From Methanomassiliicoccaceae archaeon (lineage in GTDB: Archaea > Thermoplasmatota > Thermoplasmata > Methanomassiliicoccales > Methanomassiliicoccaceae), in NCBI GenBank assembly GCA_963728405.1, contig CAVSJV010000002.1, positions 32,001 through 96,000 on the forward strand: a stretch of 64,000 nucleotides of DNA. Direction: 5' to 3'. Position 1 is the stretch's first letter; each line of letters begins with the position of its first letter. Below are positions 10,268 through 18,507 of this stretch, piece by piece. Under the pieces are notes generated by a model that did no database searches, was not told where the DNA came from, and saw only the letters and a program-made list of their open reading frames with translations. The position numbers and the translations under genes were made by a program.

Positions 10268-10573
10268 TCATGAAATGGAGGCCGGCTCGCACACGGTGCG
10301 GCGTTCGATTCGTACGCCCGACGCCGGCTCGAAGAGCCCGTAAAGAACCTCGGGGTCGAGGTCCACTTCGTCGGGCCACTCGACGGTCCGAGTTTCGGGA
10401 TTGACGTGGACCTGCTCAAAGACATCTCGACGTTCGCGGATCGGGGCAAACACGCCTCCGCGCGCCATCAGGTCGCTCAGGTCGATCTCCTTAACGGCCC
10501 CATCGGAGAAGGTCGCGCGAATCCGAAGGCCCTCCAGGGGCTCAACCTCGGTGACGTTGATGATCTCGGTCAT
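10268..10573 (-). CDS. DUF2442 domain protein (putative antitoxin)
   Basis: VEPLEGLRIRATFSDG...TVEWPDEVDLDPEVLY; ATGA overlap with the upstream gene. Confidence 0.85.
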   Translation of the reverse strand: MTEIINVTEVEPLEGLRIRATFSDGAVKEIDLSDLMARGGVFAPIRERRDVFEQVHVNPETRTVEWPDEVDLDPEVLYGLFEPASGVRIERRTVCEPASIS

Positions 10574-10830
10574 TTCAGCGGCTCAATCGGGCTAGGTACC
10601 TCATGGTTGACGACGCGCTCGAAATTCGCCTCAAGCTCGGCGCGATGCTCAGCTACCCATTCTCGCACGAGGCGTAGCGTTCGTGGAGAAAGGGAGCCTC
10701 TGATGATGGCCCCGGTTGCGATCTCGATCTTGGCGGTGTCGTCCCCGTGGCGAGCATGGAAATGGGGCGGCGGATGGTCCCCGTAGTACATCTCGATCAC
10801 GATCCCGAAGAAGCTGCTTATCCGCGGCAT
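10570..10830 (-). CDS. DUF4160 domain protein (putative toxin)
   Basis: MPRISSFFGIVIEMYYGDHPPPHFHA...IEPLK. Confidence 0.9.
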   Translation of the reverse strand: MPRISSFFGIVIEMYYGDHPPPHFHARHGDDTAKIEIATGAIIRGSLSPRTLRLVREWVAEHRAELEANFERVVNHEVPSPIEPLK

Positions 10831-10846
10831 GAGAGCAATTCTCGCA

Positions 10847-11466
10847 TCAAGCCCTCGCCAGGATCTGCACGGGCCGACTCCCCCGCGAGATCGATCGCGT
10901 CGGCGCCGACCTCTTCCACGACCGGCGGTCGGTCACGCCGCAACCGCGGCATGTTCACTCTCAGAAATCTCGGCGATACCGGCATGGTTGCCGGTCCATC
11001 GGCGGACGCTCTCTGCCAGGCCCTCGACTTGCCCCCGCCAATCTCGATCTTCGGCGTCGATGCCTGCGGGTCGGACGATGAAGAGGTCGATGTCGCTGGC
11101 CAGATCACCGTCCCCGCGGGCCGCGCTGCCGAAGAGCGACGCATGCACGGCGGTGACCCCCCACGCCCCTATCGCCTCTCGCAGCCGGCCGACGAACTCC
11201 ACGCGGGCTTCCGCCATTCGTTCGACGGCCGGCGCGAGCAGATGGTCTCGATTGAGGAGGTAGAGGAACGCCCGACCCGCCTCCATCCTCTCGACCAGAC
11301 CGTGGGCAACCAGCCGATCGAGGACGTGCTGCACGCCGGTGTTGGAGCGGCCACTCAACCGCGCCAGCTCACGCCCGGTGCGCGGAGTCGAGGACCCTGC
11401 GAGCGCGACGAGAACGTCGACATCCACGCTGTCCGAAAGAGCAGAGGAGGGCCGAGCAACGTCCAT
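10847..11466 (-). CDS. wHTH plus minimal nucleotidyltransferase (MNT), frameshift near 10950
   Basis: TGRELAR HTH; LFGSAARG...SDIDL NTase motif. The C-terminus continues in another frame (RDRPPVVEEVGADAIDLAG); end approximate. Confidence 0.8.
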
Positions 11467-11477
11467 AGTGTCCTGAG

Positions 11478-11497
11478 TATAGGTCATATGACCTATA
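11478..11497. promoter_or_regulatory. perfect 20-bp palindrome, putative operator
   Basis: TATAGGTCATATGACCTATA in an AT-rich divergent promoter region, 11 nt upstream of the wHTH-MNT start. Confidence 0.7.
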
Positions 11498-11578
11498 TCT
11501 AGACCAACCTGACTGACCTTGGCACTTTGAGCCATATCTAATTACTAGCGATAACGCTATATTTACGATATCATTCAA

Positions 11579-12268
11579 TTGCTCTCGATCTCAGACGCTG
11601 CAAGCCAATTGGAAGTGGATGTTTCACGCGCCCGGTCACTGGCAGCATCAGGGGAGCTTGCCGGGGTGAAGATCGGTGGGCGCTGGCTGGTCGATTCCGT
11701 CTCGGTCGCCCGTCGCAAGCAAAGCGCGAAGCCGGCCGGCCGGCCGCTCGAGCCTCCGAATGCCTGGGGTGCGATCTTCCTGATCTCGGGCGAAGAGGCA
11801 CCTTGGCTCGATGCACAGGCTCGCTGGCGCATTCGCCAGGCTTTGCGCGCGAAGGGTTTTAGGGGACTGATGCCTCGACTCTCCCGCAGGGCAACACGGC
11901 AGCCTTTCCACGCCCACCCAGGGGAGATCCCTCACCTGTCAAAAGAGCAAGGCGTCGTCAGATCCGGGATCAGCGCCGCCGGTGCGCATGACCTCGATCT
12001 TGCAGCCGGCAATGAGCTCGACGCCTACGTCCCGGCGAACCAATTGGCGCGCCTCGAAAGAGACCACGCCCTCCAGCCCGCCATCCCAGGAGAAGCAAAT
12101 GTGCTGCTGCGGGCCGTACCCGACTCCGCGTGGCACCTCGATGACCTCAGGGTGGCGCCGCTGGCCGCCGTCGCGGTGGACCTCGCCGAGGACCCCGACT
12201 CGCGTTCCTCCCGAGCCGGCAGGTCGGCGATCGCGAAGCTGGAGCGCAAGATCGGCAAGTGGGAATGA
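11579..12268 (+). CDS. excisionase-like HTH fused to an AbiEi-like (type IV TA antitoxin-like) domain
   Basis: N-terminal SISDAASQLEV...LAGVKIGGRWLVD; C-terminal SGISAA...LDAYV...ANVLLR...AVDLAE...R. Confidence 0.65.
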   Translation: MLSISDAASQLEVDVSRARSLAASGELAGVKIGGRWLVDSVSVARRKQSAKPAGRPLEPPNAWGAIFLISGEEAPWLDAQARWRIRQALRAKGFRGLMPRLSRRATRQPFHAHPGEIPHLSKEQGVVRSGISAAGAHDLDLAAGNELDAYVPANQLARLERDHALQPAIPGEANVLLRAVPDSAWHLDDLRVAPLAAVAVDLAEDPDSRSSRAGRSAIAKLERKIGKWE

Positions 12269-13002
12269 GGCCCAAGACGATCGAGATTGCTCCCCTCGAG
12301 CAGGCGGAGATTGATCTTTGGGGCACGGTGGCCAGGATCGCCGGCCACCTCGGTCCCGACCGGCAGTGGTGTCTCGTCGGCGGCCTGATGGTCCAGCTGC
12401 ATGCCTACGAGCATTCGGCGACTCCGAGGCCCACCCGCGACATCGACCTGCTGGGAGACGCACGAAAGCAACCCAGCGTGACGACGCTGCTGGGAGAGGC
12501 CGTGGAAGAGCTGGGCGGGGAGCTCGCGGATCCGCCATCCACCGATCCGAAGCTGGGATACCGGTTCGTCCTCGATGGGCAGGTCGTCGACATCCTCGGA
12601 TCCGACGGGCTCAGGACGCCCGGAATCACGGTCGGGAACAGGGAGACGATCGAAGTGCCTGGTGGCTCCCAAGCGCTAAACCGCAGCGAGGTCGTCGCCA
12701 TCGCGGTCGCAGGCGCGACTCCGGTACTGATTCGGCGGCCGTCCCTGCTCGGCTCAATCCTGATCAAGGCTCGCGCCCTACTGGTCCACGACCGCTGGGA
12801 CGATCAGCGCCGCGACCTGATCCTGCTCCTCACCTTTGTCGAAGACCCTCGAACGCTCGCCGGCGAACTCCGGTCAAGCGAGGTGCGCTGGCTTCTCGAA
12901 GCATCAGCCCGCCTTGACCTCGACGACCCTTCCTTGGAAACGGAGTTCACCGGCGCGGCTCTTCGCGACGCAACTGGCGCCCTCGACCTGTTGACTCGCT
13001 GA
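12265..13002 (+). CDS. AbiEii-like nucleotidyltransferase (putative type IV toxin)
   Basis: WCLVGGLMV...RPTRDIDL motif, later K...RRD; ATGA overlap with the upstream gene. Confidence 0.7.
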   Translation: MRPKTIEIAPLEQAEIDLWGTVARIAGHLGPDRQWCLVGGLMVQLHAYEHSATPRPTRDIDLLGDARKQPSVTTLLGEAVEELGGELADPPSTDPKLGYRFVLDGQVVDILGSDGLRTPGITVGNRETIEVPGGSQALNRSEVVAIAVAGATPVLIRRPSLLGSILIKARALLVHDRWDDQRRDLILLLTFVEDPRTLAGELRSSEVRWLLEASARLDLDDPSLETEFTGAALRDATGALDLLTR

Positions 13003-13074
13003 CTCATTGCTCCTCGAAGTTCCGCTCAGCACTGTCAGTCCGGAGGATCGGCCGCAGCCGCTGCTGCGGCCCGC

Positions 13075-13090
13075 GCTGCGGGAATCCAAC
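13075..13090. other. junction between bacterial and archaeal sequence
   Basis: TrpD similarity stops abruptly after IDPREMGLDS; base composition, codon style and gene content all change here. Confidence 0.8.
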
Positions 13091-13809
13091 CCCATCTCGC
13101 GGGGATCGATGAGGAAACGCTCGTAGCGATCCCCGTCAACCAGTACGGCCTCGGTGGATCCGATCACCGAGACCTCGTCCATGCCGGGGCGGCCGTGCAC
13201 CAGCAGGGCACGCTGAACGCCCATCTCCGGCAGCACCGGAGGAAGGATGTCCAGGAGCTTGGGCGAGTAAACGCCGATGAGCTGCCGCCGGGGAGCAACC
13301 ACCGGATTGAGCAGCGGCCCCAGCATGTTGAACACCGTCCTCGTGCTGATCTCCTTCCTGACCGGAGCGGCGTGCCTCATGGCCGGGTGAAAGGCGGGAG
13401 CGTAGAGGAAGGCGAAGCCGATGCGATCGAGCGCTCTACTGGCCTCCTCGGGCGCGAGGGATATCCGGGCTCCCAGGGATTCGAGCACATCGGCGCTCCC
13501 GCAGCCCCGGTTGGAGCGGTTGCCGTGCTTCGCCACTGGTATGCCCAGGGAGGCGACGACGAAGGAAGCGATGGTGGATACGTTGAAGGTCCGAAACCTC
13601 GCCCCCCCGGTGCCGCACATGTCCAGCACTATGGGATGGGCGGTCCGCACCGGCACCGCCGCTCGGCGGAACGCCGTCGCCAGGGCCGCGACCTCATGGG
13701 AGGTCTCCCCCCGCCGGGCCATCTCGGTCAGCGATTCGATCATGTCCGGGCGATGAAAGCTCCCGGTGACCAGCCGTTCGGCGAGGATCTCCGGACTGAC
13801 AATGCTCAT
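13081..13809 (-). CDS. trpD: anthranilate phosphoribosyltransferase, C-terminally truncated at the junction
   Basis: DMCGTGG, TFNVST, VAKHGNRS, GSADVLE, TVFNMLGPLLNP, GMDEVS; the C-terminal region is missing. Confidence 0.93.
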
Positions 13810-14387
13810 GCCCTCGTCCCCTTCAGGAAGTTCGAGATGATCTGCTTGCCGTGGGGGGTCAGCACCGACTCGGGGTGGAACTGCACCCCTTCGATGGGAT
13901 AGCGGCGATGGCGTATGCCCATGATCGTACCGTCCGCCGTCCGGGAGGTGATCTCCAGATCGGCGGGCACATCGGACGACACGACGAACGAGTGGTAGCG
14001 GCCGGCCAGGAACGGGTTCGGCAGGCCTTCGTAAAGACCGCCACCGTCATGCTGGACCAGCGAGGTCTTGCCATGCACCAGCTGAGCGGCCTTGACGACC
14101 TTACCGCCGTGGAAGTGGGCGATGCCCTGGTGGCCGAGGCAGACTCCCAGGGTGGGGACCACCTTCGAGACCGAGGTGAGGACATCGCCGCACACCCCGA
14201 AATCCCGCCGGTCGCCCGGGATACCGGGTCCGGGGGAGATGACGATGGCGTCGGGGGACAGTCTTTCGACCTGGTCGATGGACAAGGCGTCGTTCCGGGC
14301 GACCACGCAGTCCGCACCTAGTTCCTCGAAGTACTGCTTGAGGTTATAGACGAACGAGTCGTAGTTGTCCAGGATGAGCACGTTCAT
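13806..14387 (-). CDS. trpG: anthranilate synthase component II
   Basis: LDNYDSF, SPGPG, LGVCLGHQ, GVQFHPES. Confidence 0.95.
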   Translation of the reverse strand: MNVLILDNYDSFVYNLKQYFEELGADCVVARNDALSIDQVERLSPDAIVISPGPGIPGDRRDFGVCGDVLTSVSKVVPTLGVCLGHQGIAHFHGGKVVKAAQLVHGKTSLVQHDGGGLYEGLPNPFLAGRYHSFVVSSDVPADLEITSRTADGTIMGIRHRRYPIEGVQFHPESVLTPHGKQIISNFLKGTRA

Positions 14388-15742
14388 GTCGATGCCCCCA
14401 CTGCTCGGGCCAGCGCCGCTTGCAGCGCGCCCAGCTTTTGCTCCGTCTCCACGAACTCGCGACCGGGATCGGAATCGGCCACGATGCCTGCCCCGGCCTG
14501 GAAATGCAGTTTGCCGTTCGTGGCGAACGCCGAGCGAATGGTTATGGCCGTGTCCAGGTTGCCGTTGAACGACAAGTAACCGACCCCGCCGGCGTACGGC
14601 CCGCGGCTCGCTCCCTCTACCTCGCCGATGATCTCCATGGCCCGGGGTTTGGGGGCACCGGAGACCGTCCCGGCCGGGAACACCGAGCACAGTGCGTCCA
14701 TGGAGGTCGTGCCTTGGTTCAGGGTGCCCTGAACCTTGGAAACGATGTGCTGGACATGGGAGAACTCCTCCACCCGCATGTACTCCGGCACGGAGACCGA
14801 CCCGCCTTGACAAACCCGCGAGAGATCGTTACGAGCCAGATCGACCAGCATGGCATGCTCGGCCCGCTCCTTCTCGTCCAGCATGAGCTCCTCGCGGTAC
14901 CGTCGGCGGCCTGCGGTGCCCTCGCCCAGCGGCCTGGTGCCTGCAATGGGAAAGGTCGTCGCTTCCCTGCCCCGTACGGTCAGCAGTGTTTCCGGGCTAC
15001 TGCCAAGGACGGTCCTTTCGCCGAAGTCCAGGAAGAACATGTAGGGAGAGGGGTTGAGGTCCCGCAGTGCCGAATAGAGGTGCAGGAGGTCGCCGCTGTA
15101 GGACGAGGTGAGTCGCCGGGACAGGACGGTCTGGAAGGTCTGCCCGTTCTCGACCCGTTCCTTGATCGTCCTCACTCCGTCCTCGAAATGGTCCCGCCCC
15201 TGCTCGGGCACCGGTGCGCTCGCCTTGAGGCCCCGTTCCGCTCGTCCGGGCATCGAGCCGACGATCTCGCCCAGGGAGCCGGGCTCGCCCACGGACATGA
15301 GATACACCTGGAAGCTCGAATGGTCGTAGATCAGGCACTCCCGGTACAGTCCAAGCTCGAACTCCGGGAAGTCCGAGGGGAACGCCTTCACCGATGACGG
15401 CTCGGACCGGCGGGCGAACTCGTAGGAGAAATAGCCGACCAGTCCGCCGATGAACGGGAAGCGGGTGCAGGGCAGGTCGAACCGCTTCGCCATCTCGCTC
15501 AGGTAGGCCTTGGGTTCCTCCCTTAAATGGTCGAGGCCGGTCCCGCCCTCCACCCTTCCGCCGCGGCAGGCCAGCGTCTCCCCGGGACCGAAGCCCAGGA
15601 ATGAATAGGCTACCGTGCGGCTGCCCCCGACGGCCGATTCCAACATGAAGGAGGAATCGAACTCCGGCCGCAGCCGGCGGTAGACCTCGAAGGGGGGAAG
15701 GGCCAGGTCAAGCCTTTGGATCGTGATGTTGAGTTCCTTCAT
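14384..15742 (-). CDS. trpE: anthranilate synthase component I
   Basis: NPSPYM, GSSPE, PIAGT, EHAMLVDLARND, FPAGTVSGAPK, AGAGIVADS. Confidence 0.95.
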   Translation of the reverse strand: MKELNITIQRLDLALPPFEVYRRLRPEFDSSFMLESAVGGSRTVAYSFLGFGPGETLACRGGRVEGGTGLDHLREEPKAYLSEMAKRFDLPCTRFPFIGGLVGYFSYEFARRSEPSSVKAFPSDFPEFELGLYRECLIYDHSSFQVYLMSVGEPGSLGEIVGSMPGRAERGLKASAPVPEQGRDHFEDGVRTIKERVENGQTFQTVLSRRLTSSYSGDLLHLYSALRDLNPSPYMFFLDFGERTVLGSSPETLLTVRGREATTFPIAGTRPLGEGTAGRRRYREELMLDEKERAEHAMLVDLARNDLSRVCQGGSVSVPEYMRVEEFSHVQHIVSKVQGTLNQGTTSMDALCSVFPAGTVSGAPKPRAMEIIGEVEGASRGPYAGGVGYLSFNGNLDTAITIRSAFATNGKLHFQAGAGIVADSDPGREFVETEQKLGALQAALARAVGAST

Positions 15743-15845
15743 GCTTTTAGGTACAACGATACACATATTTAAGCAGTATTGTACATATTAGAGCATTTTT
15801 GCAAGGACAACAGAAATTATACCGGGGAGGTGGCTCCACCCCTCC

Positions 15846-16424
15846 ATGAAGGTCATCGCGTTCAACGGCAGCCCCCGGGCGAACGGCAACACGCACCGCG
15901 CATTGGAGGTCGTGCTGGAGGAGATCGCCAAGGAAGGTATCGAGACCGAGCTGGTCCAGATGGGCAGCGAGGACATCGCTCCCTGCCAGGGCTGCGGGGT
16001 CTGCGGGCAGAAGAAGGACCGCAAGTGCAAGCGGAAGGATGACAAGGTCAACGAGTGGGTGGAGAAGATGGCGGCCGCAGACGGGATCATCATCGGCTCT
16101 CCGGTCTACTTTGGCAGCATGAATGCCCAGACCAAGGCGTTCATCGACCGGGTCGGCTACGTGAACCGGGCCAACGGCGACCTGTTCAAGCGAAAGGTCG
16201 GCGCCTCGGTCGCAGTGAACCGCCGGGCCGGTGCGCTCGCCGCCTTCCAGGAGATGAACAACTTCTTCCTTATAGGGCAGATGATCGTGGTCGGGTCCTC
16301 GTACTGGAACGTGCTAACCGCCCTCCGCCCGGGGGACGTGGAGAAGGATGAGGAAGGTCTGAGGACCATGCGTGACCTCGGAAGAAATATGGCCTGGGCG
16401 ATCAAGAAGCTCGCTTCGCCGTGA
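15846..16424 (+). CDS. iron-sulfur flavoprotein (Isf-like flavodoxin family)
   Basis: NGSPR..GNT, CX2CX2CX7C (CQGCGVCGQKKDRKC), GSPVYFG. Confidence 0.9.
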   Translation: MKVIAFNGSPRANGNTHRALEVVLEEIAKEGIETELVQMGSEDIAPCQGCGVCGQKKDRKCKRKDDKVNEWVEKMAAADGIIIGSPVYFGSMNAQTKAFIDRVGYVNRANGDLFKRKVGASVAVNRRAGALAAFQEMNNFFLIGQMIVVGSSYWNVLTALRPGDVEKDEEGLRTMRDLGRNMAWAIKKLASP

Positions 16425-16439
16425 CCAATGCTCCGAGGC

Positions 16440-16640
16440 GGACAACTCCAGCAGGGGCAGACGTTCAGCAGCAGCTTGCCCTCGGCCTTTCGCAGATGCT
16501 CTATGAACGGCGAGGCGGACAGTCCGGCCAGGCGGGTCGTCTCGTCCGCGCTGACCTTGGTGGGCGGATCGAAGCAGCCGTTCCCGATCGCCAAGCTCAG
16601 CACCTCGGCCTGCTTATTCGTCAGCCCATTGAAGAGGTAG
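16440..16640 (-). pseudogene. remnant of a bacterio-opsin-activator-type HTH (HTH_10) regulator
   Basis: GLTNKQAEVLSLAIGNGCFDPPTKVS...LAGLSASPFIEHLRKAEGKLL; no credible start or N-terminal domain. Confidence 0.6.
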
Positions 16641-16786
16641 CCACCCGCACCAACATCTCCTCGGTGAAGTTCGGGAGCCCCAGCTGATGGATCGGTTCCA
16701 ACTTGACCGCGCCGCCCTGATGACCTTGGCTGTAGGAAGGGCCTAAGCGGAAATGTTTAATTGGTCGTCGCCGTTGGTCTAGGTGC

Positions 16787-17455
16787 ATGACCGTAAGGGC
16801 AAGGGCCAGTAAGCGCCTTCTCATCTATTCTTCGCTGACGGCGACGGTCGCTGCGGCCGCGTATCTCTACGGTCTGTTCTTCGATCATACCGGCCTGCTC
16901 CGGAATCTGTTCATCACGCTATCCTTCCTGGGCCTGGGCATACTGATCAAGTATAGTGACCAGGCTTATGACGAGGACATGTACTCGAGGCGGGCGACCC
17001 TGCTCATGGCGATCCCTGGAGGTCTATGGATGGGCACCCTGATCGCTGTGGATGGCGGTTCGGCGACCATATGCCTCGGCCTGCTGTTCGCTCTCCTCTT
17101 CGCCGGGAAGTACGACAATCTCCCTTTCAAGATAGGGTTCGTCGTCGCCCTGGGGTTCGGCATCGTGGCCATCCTCTACGGCGTCGGCACCTTCGACCTC
17201 CTGGGAGCGTTGATCGTCCTGGTGGCGGCTTTCATCGACGAGAAGGCCAACGATCTCCCCGGGGTGGACGAGGGTGGCGACTGGAAGGCGGTGCTCTTCC
17301 ACCACCGCCCCTTCCTCAAAGTAGCGGTGCTGGTCCTTTGCCTGGTCGGCATCCTACCATCACTGCTGTACTTCTTTGCCTTCCTGGCCTTCGATTTCGG
17401 TTACGTGCTGGTGGAGGCCTTGAGCATTTCCAAGGAGGCTCCCAGCGTTGGATGA
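16787..17455 (+). CDS. archaeal integral membrane protein of unknown function
   Basis: About 7-8 TM segments with charged motifs KYSDQAYDE, GKYDN, DEKAND, FDFGY; overlaps the next gene. Confidence 0.75.
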   Translation: MTVRARASKRLLIYSSLTATVAAAAYLYGLFFDHTGLLRNLFITLSFLGLGILIKYSDQAYDEDMYSRRATLLMAIPGGLWMGTLIAVDGGSATICLGLLFALLFAGKYDNLPFKIGFVVALGFGIVAILYGVGTFDLLGALIVLVAAFIDEKANDLPGVDEGGDWKAVLFHHRPFLKVAVLVLCLVGILPSLLYFFAFLAFDFGYVLVEALSISKEAPSVG

Positions 17456-18506
17456 GTACGATGTGGTCATTGTCGGCGCCGGCCCCTCGGGAGCGGCGGC
17501 CGGCTATTTCCTTAAGCGACTGAGGCCGAATGCGAACGTCCTGATGGTCGATCGCCTGGACGAGGCGAAGTATGGGCGGTACCACCGTATGTGCGGGGAG
17601 GCTATTTCGAAGGCCGCGTTCAAGGAGCTGTCCCCGATCGCCCCCGGCCCGGTCGTCCATGAGATATCGAAGGTACAGGAGGTGTGGCCAGGAGGGACCG
17701 TCCTGGAGACCAGGGCGAATGGCTACATCCTGGACCGGCCCAAGTTCCTCCAGGGGATTCTGTCAGACTATCGTTCGATGGATGGTCTCCTCATAGTGGA
17801 TGCGGTGAAAGAGATCACCCCTGCAGTAAAGGGTCTCATCATCGGTCTGTCCTCGGGCAGAGAGGTGCGGGCGGGAACGATCATCGGTGCTGATGGTGCC
17901 CATTCAGTGGTCCGACGTACTCTGTTCAAGGAGGAACCCCCCCTCATGCTATGGACCGAACAGTTCCTGGTCCGGAAGAAGGTGGACACGGAAGTGATGA
18001 CGTTCATCCAGGGAGAGCGATACAAAGGCGGTTACCGGTGGGAGTTCCCGGCCGGGGACCTCGCCCGCATCGGCTTCCCCCGGGGGACCGACCTGGTCGA
18101 GGAAGAGGTACTGGAAACGCATCGGCGGGCTATCCCTGGGGGAGGGCTCGCCTGCATCGTTCGGGGCAACGCCGTGCTGACCGGCGACGCGGCGGCCATG
18201 GCCAATCCCCTGACCGCTGGTGGCATACGAGTGGCGATGCTATCAGGCCGGCGAGCGGCCGAAGCGATCGTCGCGAGGGATCTGGGGCGATATCAGGAAT
18301 GGTGGACCTCCTCCCCCTTCGCCCAGGATAAATATCTAAAAGCCTTCAGGATGTTCGAGGGCATGACCGACCAGGACTATGTCAGGGCGGTCAGAGGGTT
18401 CAGCGGCCGGGTCAAGGCGGCATCGTTGCTATGGGCCTATCTGACCCGACCGGAGTTCCGGGACCTATATCGGGCCTACGGTCCCTCGGGAAAATACGGG
18501 TGGTAG
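17448..18506 (+). CDS. geranylgeranyl reductase-family FAD oxidoreductase
   Basis: GAGPSG, CGEAIS, GADG, GYRWEFP, GDAA...PLTAGGI. Confidence 0.85.
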   Translation: MDEYDVVIVGAGPSGAAAGYFLKRLRPNANVLMVDRLDEAKYGRYHRMCGEAISKAAFKELSPIAPGPVVHEISKVQEVWPGGTVLETRANGYILDRPKFLQGILSDYRSMDGLLIVDAVKEITPAVKGLIIGLSSGREVRAGTIIGADGAHSVVRRTLFKEEPPLMLWTEQFLVRKKVDTEVMTFIQGERYKGGYRWEFPAGDLARIGFPRGTDLVEEEVLETHRRAIPGGGLACIVRGNAVLTGDAAAMANPLTAGGIRVAMLSGRRAAEAIVARDLGRYQEWWTSSPFAQDKYLKAFRMFEGMTDQDYVRAVRGFSGRVKAASLLWAYLTRPEFRDLYRAYGPSGKYGW

Positions 18507-18507
18507 A

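Noticed and set aside
13003-13100. Genuine inter-domain horizontal transfer or a novel TrpD fusion (ORF 12904..13809)
   Set aside because: The read-through tail is low-complexity antisense sequence and no mobile-element signatures are present; artefact is far more likely.
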